Source of the DNA: a virus
Reading direction: 5' to 3' (one strand)
IMG/VR virus record: IMGVR_UViG_3300027749_000107
Span: 4,484-68,483 of that record
Length of the DNA stretch: 64,000 nucleotides
Made by a program: the position numbers and the translations under genes. Each line of letters opens with the position of its first letter. Positions within the stretch are counted from its first letter, which is position 1. A model generated the notes under the pieces. The model made no database searches and was not told the DNA's origin. It saw only the letters and a list, made by a program, of their open reading frames with translations. Below, one piece after another: positions 54,945 to 64,000 of this stretch.

Positions 54945-57900
54945 ATGGCTATAGCAGATTTTGTCGTTAAGCACGGTACAACCGTTAACGAACTAGCAAC
55001 TTTTAATTCAACTACCGATGCAACATCAACATCGTCGGCTGCATTAACTGTAGCAGGCGGTGCTGGCATCGCAAAAAGCCTCATTGTTGGAGGAAGTATT
55101 AACACCACAAATACTGCAGCTAGTACTGCGGCATGGACAACAAGTGGTGTTAACTTAAAATTATCAGCACGTACTTATACAGATACAACTAGTATATCGG
55201 CAGTTCCAGCTAGTTACGTTAACGCAGTTTTAGCACCAACATTTGCAAGTACTAATGTAATTACAATTGCAAATGCTGCAAATTTATTTGTCGATGCACC
55301 AGTTGCTGGTACAAACAGTACATTAACAAATGCGTGGGCTATTTTAGCAAATGGAAAAATTAAAGCATCTGATTTTACTGGAACAATTGGTGCTACTACT
55401 GCATCATCTGGTGCATTTACAACAATATCTGCAACTGGACAAATAACATCAACTATTGCAATTGGGACTGCACCATTTATAGTTGCATCAACTACTAATG
55501 TTGCTAACTTAAATGCTAGTTCATTAAATGGTTCTACATTTGCTGCACCCGGTGCACTTGGTTCTACAACTGCAAGTACCGGTAGATTTACAACAGTTGA
55601 ATCAACTATTGCAGCTGGGACTGCTCCATTTATAGTTGCATCAAATACTGTTGTTGCTAACTTAAATGCTAGTTCATTAAATGGTTCTACATTTGCTGCA
55701 CCTGGTCCTATTGGTGCAACTACTGCAAGTACTGGTGCATTTACTACATTAACTACTACAGGTGATACTACAATTGGTGGTAATTTAACAGTTAATGGTA
55801 CTACTGTAACAGTAAACTCGTCAACAATAACAGTTGATGATAAAAATATTGAATTAGGTTCTGTTGCCGCAGTTACAGGTATTACCGGAACTATTACTAG
55901 CAGTGCATTGTCAACGACTATTACTAATCTAAGCACAGTTACTGGTTTAATACCAGGAATGTTGTTAACTAAAACTGCCGGAACTGGTGTGTTTGGTACA
56001 ACCCCTTTAATAATTAGCATCGATAGTGCTACACAGATAACAATAACTGCTATTAGTTCTAACACGCTAGGAAGCATTACATTTAATGCAAGTGGTGCAA
56101 CAAATGATACAGCTAACGGCGGCGGTATTACATTGCGAGGAGCAACTGATAAAACTATTATATGGGATTCTGCTGCTAACTGGACATCTAGTGAAAATTG
56201 GAACATTGCTACAAGTAAAACTTATAAAATTAATAATGTTAACGTATTAACAGCATCTGCAGTGCTTAATGATTCAACTCAAACTACGGTATCGGTTGGT
56301 AGTTATGCAACTACACTTAATTTAGGTGCATCAAATAGCGGAAACGCATTTGTTAATAATAACGTGTTATATGTTGGCGGTGCAACGTCATTATCGACTG
56401 CATCGGCCGGTATTGAAGTTGGCGGCGGCAGAACAGGTAGCGGCGATTCTTATGTTGATTTAACAGCAGATACTACGTATGTAGACTTTGGTGCAAGATT
56501 TATTCGATCATCCGGTGCAACCGGTGTTACAAAAATAGTTACGCGTGGTACCGGTAATCTTACTCTTGAAACTAATGAAGCTGCTCCAATAACGTTTAAT
56601 ACAACTGCAACTGAAAGAATGCGTATTGATTCTAGTGGTCGCGTATTAATTGGCAATTCCACCACCACCGGCGCTGCAGGATTACAATTATGGGGTATTG
56701 ATGCAGCGGCACAACAGCATATTCGACGCTACTCAAATGACGCTGCCGGAGCATCAATTAATCTCTTTAAAGGTCGGGGTGATGCAACAACATCTGCGAT
56801 TGTCCAAAATGGAGATTCTTTAGGTTACATTGGATTTTCCGGCCATGATGGCTCGTCTACCTTACCTACCGCAACTATTTTCACCGCACGTATTGAAGCA
56901 GTAGTGGACGGTGTACCTGGTACTAGTGATATGCCTAGTAGATTGGTGTTCAGCACTACGCCCGATGGCTCGGCTACATTAACTGAAAGTATGCGTATTG
57001 ATTCTAGCGGTAATGTTGGAATTGGGGTTACTCCGAGTGCTAGATTGCAAGTTGTTGGTTCTACAGCAATTAGTTCTCAAGCAAATGTTGCTGCCGTTAT
57101 TGGTGCAAACATGACATCTGACTTGTTATTAGGGTCAATAAATGGTAATGCACCATTTATTGCATCACAAGGTGCATATCCGTTATTAATGTATACAAAT
57201 GCAACTGAAAAAATGCGAATTAATAGCGACGGTAACGTTGGTATTGGTACACCTGCAGGAAGTGATTCTGCGCTGCAAGTTAATAAACCAATTACTACTG
57301 GTACTAACGAGTATGCAATACGCACGTATGTAACAGTACCGTCAAATATTACCGGTACTCATTTTAGTTTTAACTCATCTGCATTTACTGCAGCTACACC
57401 ATTTACGTTATCTAACTATGTACATTATATTGCAGGGCAAGCTCCACCAGGGCAAGGGTCTATAATCACTGCCCAGTATGGGTTTTCTGCAGACTCTTCG
57501 TTAACAAGTGCTACTAATAACTATGGTTTTTTTAGTAATTTAACTGCTCCAACATCAGGCGGAACAACTGCTGCTACTATTTCAACTATTTCTAGTAGTA
57601 CAACAACTGTTACAATTAATACTAGTGCAGCACATGGTTACTCAAGTAACCAAATAGTTACTATTGCTGCAACTGCATCTGCATCTGCGTTAACCAGTGG
57701 CGCATCTGTTACTATTTTAACTCCGGGAAATACTACCTGGGCAAATATTGGTGCTCCGGCAAGTACTGCCGGAACTACATTTACAACAACTGCAGCAGGA
57801 TCAGTAGCTGGTGTAACTGGTACAACCGGAACGGTTATTATTAATGCACAAGGTAGCGGTAAAACAATTACAGTAACATCAACTACTGCGTTTACATACA

Positions 57901-59348
57901 CTTCTACATCTGCAACATTTACTGCAATCTCAGTAACTGGCACAGTAACTGTTGCTAAAAACTGGAACTTATATGTAGCTGGAACGGCTGATAACTATAT
58001 CAATGGTACTTTAGGTATTGGAACAACATCTCCACTTGCAAAATTGCATGTTAAGACTGCAAGTGCAGTAGCTGGCGAGCAAGTTATATTTGAAAACGGA
58101 ACTAATGTTGCATATTCAACATTATATATGGTGTTAAAAGCAAATGGGTTAGCTAGAGCAACACTTGCTGGACAGCAAGATAATACAACCAATGGTGGGA
58201 TATTTGTACTACAAGTTGCAGATTCCGCTGGAACTATTACAGAACGATTACGAGTTGATGCATCAGGCAACTGTTCTATTAAAGGTACTTACTTAGAAGT
58301 ACGTGCTGCTGACACGGGTGTTAGATCAAGAATAGTTAATTCAAGTTCAGAAGCAACTAGATATCCAGGATTTGAAGCATTTCATTATTCCGGAAACTTA
58401 GCAGGCACTTTAGATAACGGTGGTTTTCCAGTATTAGAGTTCTTTAGAAGTAGAGGCACTGAAGCAGCTAAAATTGCAGTTAGTAGTGGTGACTATATTG
58501 CTAGTGTTACTGGTTGGGGTTGGGACGGTACTGGGCAAAATGATGTTTGCCGTATAAACTTCTTAGCAGACAATACACTAGCTGCTGCAGATGCACGCGG
58601 TAGAATAGAATTCCAAACTCAAACTGGCACTACATTATCAACTGCAATGACAATTAAGTCAGATGGATCAGTTGGTATTGGTACAACTACACCAGGTTAT
58701 AAACTTGATGTTGTTACAACTGGGGTTAGATTTCAAAGCGGTACATCTGAGACTGATATATTTTTAGGACCTCAGACTAATCAAGGATTTGTGTATGGTA
58801 ATAGTACTGCAATGGGATTTTATAGTGCAACTACTGGTGCAACCATTGCACTAAACAAAGATACTGCTAATGCAGGGGTATTCATATCTAGCGGAACCGG
58901 TTCATACCAAATTGGATTTGATACTGCATCAACACGTAGAATGACAATTTTCGGCAATGGTAACGTTGCAATTGGTACTGCGACAGACAGCGGTTACAAA
59001 CTTCAAGTAAACGGTTCATTTGCTGCTACTACTAAATCATTCGTAATTGACCATCCAACTAAACCAGATATGAAACTACGTTATGGTAGTTTAGAGGGAC
59101 CAGAAAATGGTGTATATGTTCGTGGTAGATTGAAAGATTCTAATGTTATAGAATTACCAGATTACTGGATTGGATTAGTTAATGAAGATACTATTACAGT
59201 AAACTTAACTGCTATTGGTAAAATACAAAAATTATTTGTTAAGGATATTAAAAATAATACTGTAATAATTGGTGGTAAAAATATCAACTGTTTCTACACT
59301 GTATTTGCAGAACGTAAAGATGTTGAAAAATTAATTGTGGAATTTTAA
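54945..59348 (+). CDS. Long tail fibre-like protein with C-terminal chaperone-like domain
   Basis: Repeated ERMRIDSSGNVGIG-type motifs; C-terminal TKSFVIDHPTK...LRYGSLEGPENGVYVRG; late motif ATAAATA and AAGGAG RBS upstream. Confidence 0.75.
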   Translation: MAIADFVVKHGTTVNELATFNSTTDATSTSSAALTVAGGAGIAKSLIVGGSINTTNTAASTAAWTTSGVNLKLSARTYTDTTSISAVPASYVNAVLAPTFASTNVITIANAANLFVDAPVAGTNSTLTNAWAILANGKIKASDFTGTIGATTASSGAFTTISATGQITSTIAIGTAPFIVASTTNVANLNASSLNGSTFAAPGALGSTTASTGRFTTVESTIAAGTAPFIVASNTVVANLNASSLNGSTFAAPGPIGATTASTGAFTTLTTTGDTTIGGNLTVNGTTVTVNSSTITVDDKNIELGSVAAVTGITGTITSSALSTTITNLSTVTGLIPGMLLTKTAGTGVFGTTPLIISIDSATQITITAISSNTLGSITFNASGATNDTANGGGITLRGATDKTIIWDSAANWTSSENWNIATSKTYKINNVNVLTASAVLNDSTQTTVSVGSYATTLNLGASNSGNAFVNNNVLYVGGATSLSTASAGIEVGGGRTGSGDSYVDLTADTTYVDFGARFIRSSGATGVTKIVTRGTGNLTLETNEAAPITFNTTATERMRIDSSGRVLIGNSTTTGAAGLQLWGIDAAAQQHIRRYSNDAAGASINLFKGRGDATTSAIVQNGDSLGYIGFSGHDGSSTLPTATIFTARIEAVVDGVPGTSDMPSRLVFSTTPDGSATLTESMRIDSSGNVGIGVTPSARLQVVGSTAISSQANVAAVIGANMTSDLLLGSINGNAPFIASQGAYPLLMYTNATEKMRINSDGNVGIGTPAGSDSALQVNKPITTGTNEYAIRTYVTVPSNITGTHFSFNSSAFTAATPFTLSNYVHYIAGQAPPGQGSIITAQYGFSADSSLTSATNNYGFFSNLTAPTSGGTTAATISTISSSTTTVTINTSAAHGYSSNQIVTIAATASASALTSGASVTILTPGNTTWANIGAPASTAGTTFTTTAAGSVAGVTGTTGTVIINAQGSGKTITVTSTTAFTYTSTSATFTAISVTGTVTVAKNWNLYVAGTADNYINGTLGIGTTSPLAKLHVKTASAVAGEQVIFENGTNVAYSTLYMVLKANGLARATLAGQQDNTTNGGIFVLQVADSAGTITERLRVDASGNCSIKGTYLEVRAADTGVRSRIVNSSSEATRYPGFEAFHYSGNLAGTLDNGGFPVLEFFRSRGTEAAKIAVSSGDYIASVTGWGWDGTGQNDVCRINFLADNTLAAADARGRIEFQTQTGTTLSTAMTIKSDGSVGIGTTTPGYKLDVVTTGVRFQSGTSETDIFLGPQTNQGFVYGNSTAMGFYSATTGATIALNKDTANAGVFISSGTGSYQIGFDTASTRRMTIFGNGNVAIGTATDSGYKLQVNGSFAATTKSFVIDHPTKPDMKLRYGSLEGPENGVYVRGRLKDSNVIELPDYWIGLVNEDTITVNLTAIGKIQKLFVKDIKNNTVIIGGKNINCFYTVFAERKDVEKLIVEF
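55448..55753 (+). repeat. 153-bp (51 aa) tandem duplication within the fibre gene
   Basis: 50-bp identical cores at 55500-55549 and 55653-55702; protein GTAPFIVAS...VANLNASSLNGSTFAAPG occurs twice. Confidence 0.85.
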
Positions 59349-59350
59349 TT

Positions 59351-60583
59351 ATGGGAGTTAGTTATAATCCACAAATTGTTACTAACGGGTTGGTTTGTAA
59401 TTTTGATATTGCAAACCAAAAAAGCTATAGTCCAAATGTACATCCAAAACCACTAGATTTATATTCTTGGATTAATACTCCTACTGGTTACAACTGTACT
59501 CTATCAGTTGATACTACAACTACATCTCCAGTTGGTAATTTAAATAGACCATTAAAGATGGTTCAAACAGGAAACGATACCTACACTTTCACCTACAATG
59601 CATCTACTTGGAACTTAGCTCCGGCTGTTGCAGGACAAACTTGGACAGTTAGTGTTTGGGTTAAAGCATCTGTAGCAATGTCAATTGAAGGATGTTGGAT
59701 TGTAGAACATAGTGCAGCCGGAGGATACTTAGCAGGCGGTGGATCGCCAAATCCATCAATTGGTACTAACTGGACTCGTATAAGTGGTACGTATACACTA
59801 GTAAATGCATCAACGGCATACGTTGCAGTTAGACTTGATGGTACACAAGTATCAGGAACTGGAACCGTTTGGTGGGATGGATTGCAATTAGAACGTAGTG
59901 CTAGTATGACTGCATTTAATCCAAATACAAATGTCAATAATGTCTTAGTAACTGACACTAGTAATACCGCTAATAACGGAACACTTACTAATAATCCAAT
60001 TTACAGCGCAGCAGGCTACCTAACTTATACCGCAGCATCATTACATTACATTAGTTTAGCATCTGTTTCAAATTTACAGTTTTTAGGTGTGTTACCGTTT
60101 TCATATGAAGCATGGGTATATCCTACAATTAATCCAGGTGCTACTGGTTTTCTTGGAATTATTTGTAGAGAAAGTAATCCAGGGGCTGGTAGAGATGGAT
60201 ATAACTTATTATTCCATGGTAGTGCTACTACAGATACTAGTTTTGCAATTGAAAGATTTGTTGCAGGCGTAAATAGTGGAACTGGATATAGCACAATTAT
60301 AAGTTCAGTAGATGCACTTAATACATGGCATCATATTGTAGGAACTTATGACGGATACAATGTATCGTTGTATCGTAATGGAGTATTTGTGTCATCAGCT
60401 GCGACTACCGCGTCTATAACAAATACCACTGCAGTAACAAATATTGGCATGCTAGGATCTACTCCATCAGCAACTAATAATTTTACTGGTAGAATTTCTG
60501 CAACTAGAATTTATAATAAAGCATTAACCGCAACTGAAGTACAACAAAACTTTAATGCAATTAGAGGGAGATACGGAATATGA
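59351..60583 (+). CDS. LamG/concanavalin-A-like lectin-domain protein with CBM-like insert
   Basis: IVTNGLV..FD N-terminus; WHHIVGTYDG..VSLYRNG; RIYNKALTATEVQQNFNAIRGRYGI. Confidence 0.8.
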   Translation: MGVSYNPQIVTNGLVCNFDIANQKSYSPNVHPKPLDLYSWINTPTGYNCTLSVDTTTTSPVGNLNRPLKMVQTGNDTYTFTYNASTWNLAPAVAGQTWTVSVWVKASVAMSIEGCWIVEHSAAGGYLAGGGSPNPSIGTNWTRISGTYTLVNASTAYVAVRLDGTQVSGTGTVWWDGLQLERSASMTAFNPNTNVNNVLVTDTSNTANNGTLTNNPIYSAAGYLTYTAASLHYISLASVSNLQFLGVLPFSYEAWVYPTINPGATGFLGIICRESNPGAGRDGYNLLFHGSATTDTSFAIERFVAGVNSGTGYSTIISSVDALNTWHHIVGTYDGYNVSLYRNGVFVSSAATTASITNTTAVTNIGMLGSTPSATNNFTGRISATRIYNKALTATEVQQNFNAIRGRYGI

Positions 60584-61833
60584 GTATAGTAACTAATGGA
60601 TTGGCATTCTATTTAGACCCGTCTAATACTAAAAAATCTTATAAAGGTGCTCCTACTACTAATTTTGCATTGTATTCCGAGCAGTTTACTAATGCAATTT
60701 GGTTGTTTGATGCATCATTTCCGCCAAGTGGCAGAACTGAAAATGCAACAACCGGCCCCGATGGACAAATGTCAGGCGATTTATTTTATATGACAACTGC
60801 ATCAATGGGACTGTTTTATCAACCATTTTTAGTTTCTACAATTGGTACCGGCCAACAGATATCTTCAGTATACGCCAAAGCAGGAACATGTAGTACTATT
60901 ATTTTTAATAGTTATTATATAGGTGATACCGAAGTTAACGTTACCTTTACGCTATTGGGAAATGGTACAACAGATACCCCGGCTTCATCGTCTATTACGG
61001 CTGTAGGTAATGGATGGTATAGATGTGTGATTAGTACACCTGCAAGAATAAACGCAGGAACTACGTTTCTATGGAGAGTTTGGTTATACGGAAGAAGTGC
61101 ACCTACTAACACTAACACAAGTGTTTATTTTTGGGGAGCGCAGTTAGAATCAGGTTCGTATGTAACTCCGTATATTTCTACAATATCTGCTGCAAGTGTG
61201 CGATCAACAACACAAGCATTTTTAGATATAACAGGTAATACTACATTAACATCAAATGTAACTTTTGCAAGTGATGGATCGTTTAGTTTTAATGGTACGA
61301 GTAGTGCAATTTATTCACTTACTCCTGTAAATCTACCATTAGGATCATCAAATCGCACTATGATATGCTGGTGTAAACCAGATACTACACAAGTTAATGC
61401 TGATGCATATACTGGTCTAATCGCTTACGGTGCTAGAACTGCATCAGGCGGGGCATTGCTATCAATTAATACTAGCGGATCTACCTTTTACGCTACTTCT
61501 GCATATTGGAATAATGATTACACTCCATCTACAGTAGTTGTAAATAAGGCAGCATGGAATATGGTTGCAGTGACTACACTAGGAGACGGTGTTGTAAACA
61601 ATACAACATTATACTGTGGTAATTCATCTGGTATAAATTCAGTAACTGGCAGTTCGTCAAGTTATGCTACTCCATTAAATCTTGCAAGTTCGCTTTTAAC
61701 TATTGGATCTACTGATTACTTTGGTAGATGGTTTAAAGGAAGTATCGGAGCGGCAATGATTTATAATAGACAGTTATCACTTGCAGAACTTAATCAAATT
61801 TTTTATGCAACTAAAGCGAGATATGGATTATGA
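60580..61833 (+). CDS. LamG/concanavalin-A-like lectin-domain protein
   Basis: IVTNGLAFYLD; GNGWYRC...WGAQLE; IYNRQLSLAELNQIFYATKARYGL; ATGA overlap. Confidence 0.8.
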   Translation: MSIVTNGLAFYLDPSNTKKSYKGAPTTNFALYSEQFTNAIWLFDASFPPSGRTENATTGPDGQMSGDLFYMTTASMGLFYQPFLVSTIGTGQQISSVYAKAGTCSTIIFNSYYIGDTEVNVTFTLLGNGTTDTPASSSITAVGNGWYRCVISTPARINAGTTFLWRVWLYGRSAPTNTNTSVYFWGAQLESGSYVTPYISTISAASVRSTTQAFLDITGNTTLTSNVTFASDGSFSFNGTSSAIYSLTPVNLPLGSSNRTMICWCKPDTTQVNADAYTGLIAYGARTASGGALLSINTSGSTFYATSAYWNNDYTPSTVVVNKAAWNMVAVTTLGDGVVNNTTLYCGNSSGINSVTGSSSSYATPLNLASSLLTIGSTDYFGRWFKGSIGAAMIYNRQLSLAELNQIFYATKARYGL

Positions 61834-63047
61834 GTTTAACACACAGCCCAAATATAGTTACTGATAGTTTACTGTTAAACTTAGATTTTAAAAATCCTAA
61901 GAAATTTTCTTCAACATTAGGCACTGGGAACTTAGCACAAGCATTTACGTGGAATAGATATTTTCCAGAAAACAACGTATACACTACTGGAATAGATGCA
62001 CCGGATGGTAGTATGACTGCTGTTAGGATGTCATGTAGAACTTCTGGAAATAGCTTATTAAGAGTTGCATTTAATAGTTTTACGCCAAATGGTACTGATA
62101 CTTATATTGTTAGTTTTTATGTTAGGAAAATAAGTGGTACAACCTCAACTAGTGGACAGCTAACTTGTGACTTGGCAGATGCAACTCCAAGTGGTGACTA
62201 CTTACCTCAACTAGTAACTGGAAAATGGGTTAGAGTAGTAGTTTCTGCAGTTCCGACTGCAGTTGTTAAAAGTTTTTTTGATGTATTAAGTGATAATACT
62301 AATGATTATGTATTAGATTTCTGGGGTGTAAAAGTAGAAAATCTTACATCTGTTGCGCCGATGCCATTTAAAGATACAGTTGGTGGTTATACTATGAATT
62401 TGTATCGTAATCAATTTACTACAGTAAATGAAGATAGTATAACATTTACTAGAAGTGCATCTACTCCAAAAGATGGTCCGTGCATGTATTTAACTGCAAC
62501 AGGTAATTTAACCGCTGCAAACTTCATGTATAATAATTTTACATGGGAAGTATGGTTTAAAATAAATGATATTAACCCAGGTGTGTATGCAGGCAACGAA
62601 GCGTGGAGTAACCTTATAATATATAGAGGTTGTCATGCAGGATTTATGTATAATACTGCAACTGGTCTAGTATTTACAATGTGGACTGGTGCATCAACTT
62701 CGGTTACTCCTGCATCATGGTCTGTAGGTACATCCGGATCTCATATAAATCAAGGAACCTGGTATCAAGTTTTACTTGTTAGAACAGGGGATGTTTTTAC
62801 CCCTTATGTTAATGGTGCTCCATTAGGTACAGGATCTACAACTGCAACTTCAGTAACTGGTATTAATATCCAAAATGATATATTTTTAGGTGGGATAGGT
62901 GCTGGTGGTGGTTCAGGTGCAAATGCAACTGATTATAATTATTTTCCAAAAAACACAATTGCAAACTCAAAAATGTATAACCGTGCGCTAACTGCAGCAG
63001 AAGTATTACAAAATTTTAATGCCCTAAGAGGCAGATTTGGTATTTAA
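61830..63047 (+). CDS. LamG/concanavalin-A-like lectin-domain protein
   Basis: PNIVTDSLLLNLD; FTWEVWFK; YNRALTAAEVLQNFNALRGRFGI; ATGA overlap. Confidence 0.8.
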   Translation: MSLTHSPNIVTDSLLLNLDFKNPKKFSSTLGTGNLAQAFTWNRYFPENNVYTTGIDAPDGSMTAVRMSCRTSGNSLLRVAFNSFTPNGTDTYIVSFYVRKISGTTSTSGQLTCDLADATPSGDYLPQLVTGKWVRVVVSAVPTAVVKSFFDVLSDNTNDYVLDFWGVKVENLTSVAPMPFKDTVGGYTMNLYRNQFTTVNEDSITFTRSASTPKDGPCMYLTATGNLTAANFMYNNFTWEVWFKINDINPGVYAGNEAWSNLIIYRGCHAGFMYNTATGLVFTMWTGASTSVTPASWSVGTSGSHINQGTWYQVLLVRTGDVFTPYVNGAPLGTGSTTATSVTGINIQNDIFLGGIGAGGGSGANATDYNYFPKNTIANSKMYNRALTAAEVLQNFNALRGRFGI

Positions 63048-63073
63048 TAAATACATAATAATAAGGACACACG

Positions 63074-64000
63074 ATGGCATTAGCTGATAAAAATATAGTC
63101 ATTACACCAAATATAAGCGCAGCAAGCGACCCTAAGATTGTATTTTCTGGGGCAGATTTAAGTACTACAGCTCAGAATATTACGTTAACTGCATACCCAA
63201 CTTTAAATGGTATGCTTAGTTTTGATGGTTCAAATGGACAATTACTTTCCGTTACTAATAGTTTAACTGGAACTATATTTGCAGCAAATGACGTATCTGG
63301 TATTCCAAGTATAGAAGTTCTTGATACTGGTTTAGTAAAACTAGCACAATATGGCGGTAACGTATTAATTGGTACTGGTACAGATGACGGAATTAACAAG
63401 TTACAAGTAGCATCAGTAAAGATTTCATCATCTTTAGTTTTACCAAATACAACAACGTTGCCCACATCTCCAGTTACTGGTAATTTACGATATAACACTA
63501 CTTCAAATAAATTTGAAGGCTACAGCTTGGCAGGATGGGGAGCAATTGGCGGGGGCGGTGGATTAACGCCAACTGCAATAAAAACTTCTGCATCAGCAGC
63601 ATATACTGCTGCTGCGAACGATTTAGTTAGATGTGATACTACTACTGGTGCATTTAGTATAACCTTACCGCTGTCACCAGCTGATGGTGATCAATTGGGT
63701 GTAATTGATGTTGCTAATACATTTGCAACTTATAATTTAACAGTTTTACCAAATGGGAATAAGATTGAAAATTCAGTTCAATCGTTAATATTAGATATTA
63801 GTGGTTCAAATGTATCACTTATATACATAGCAGCAACTACTAATTGGAGAATAGAAAATACACCAGGTGCGTATACCTCAACAGCAGCTACTACAACTAC
63901 ATTAGGTGGGGTAATTATTCCAGCAGTAGGAACTAGTGGCATTACAAATACAAGTGGTACAATTGGATTAGCAACTGCATCCACTACACAATTAGGTGGG
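63074..64000 (+). CDS. Fibre-like virion protein, truncated at the window edge; not in the ORF track
   Basis: ATAAATA and AAGGA RBS, then ATG at 63074: MALADKNIVITPNISAASDPKIVFSGAD...NDVSGIPSIEV...GNLRYNTTSNKFEGY...FSITLPLSPADGD. Appears open to the edge. Confidence 0.8.
   Translation, partial: MALADKNIVITPNISAASDPKIVFSGADLSTTAQNITLTAYPTLNGMLSFDGSNGQLLSVTNSLTGTIFAANDVSGIPSIEVLDTGLVKLAQYGGNVLIGTGTDDGINKLQVASVKISSSLVLPNTTTLPTSPVTGNLRYNTTSNKFEGYSLAGWGAIGGGGGLTPTAIKTSASAAYTAAANDLVRCDTTTGAFSITLPLSPADGDQLGVIDVANTFATYNLTVLPNGNKIENSVQSLILDISGSNVSLIYIAATTNWRIENTPGAYTSTAATTTTLGGVIIPAVGTSGITNTSGTIGLATASTTQLGG

Noticed and set aside
55214-56206. 330-aa antisense ORF and similar Val/Pro/Ala-rich minus ORFs across 42-64 kb
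   Set aside because: They mirror Thr/Gly/Ala codon bias in the fibre genes, which removes antisense stops.
59351-63047. Diversity-generating retroelement acting on the lectin genes
   Set aside because: No reverse transcriptase in the window, and I saw no TR/VR pair differing only at adenines.
1-64000. Stop-codon reassignment
   Set aside because: Coding density is near-complete under the standard code, and TAA, TAG and TGA all end conserved genes at expected positions.

Overview
This is a 64-kb segment of a large, AT-rich T4-like myovirus genome (Caudoviricetes), using the standard genetic code. The left arm (minus strand, <1-20482) is a baseplate module: tube-initiator-like gene, gp53/LysM-like gene, hub, gp5/VgrG-like spike, gp25, gp6, and a giant ORF of at least 3976 codons that runs off the left edge and is absent from the supplied ORF track. 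The centre (plus strand, 20569-29639) holds a gp55-like late sigma factor, a Hef-like homing endonuclease, gp47/gp46, a PcfJ-like/repeat protein, an Hjc-like resolvase and a bacterial-type RNase HI. Directly after RNase HI is a ~670-bp ORF-free region: a perfect late promoter, ~420 nt dense in hairpins, an AT-rich tract and two more hairpins. This candidate large ncRNA or RNA-primed origin is the most interesting feature. Next come a tail assembly chaperone with a T TTT TTC -1 frameshift signal, a tape-measure-like gene, the head module (gp20, core proteins, gp21, gp22, gp23), and very large modular fibre and LamG-type virion proteins running off the right edge. A (T)ATAAATA late-promoter motif precedes most structural genes. 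All product calls come from motif recognition and synteny; no database searches were run.
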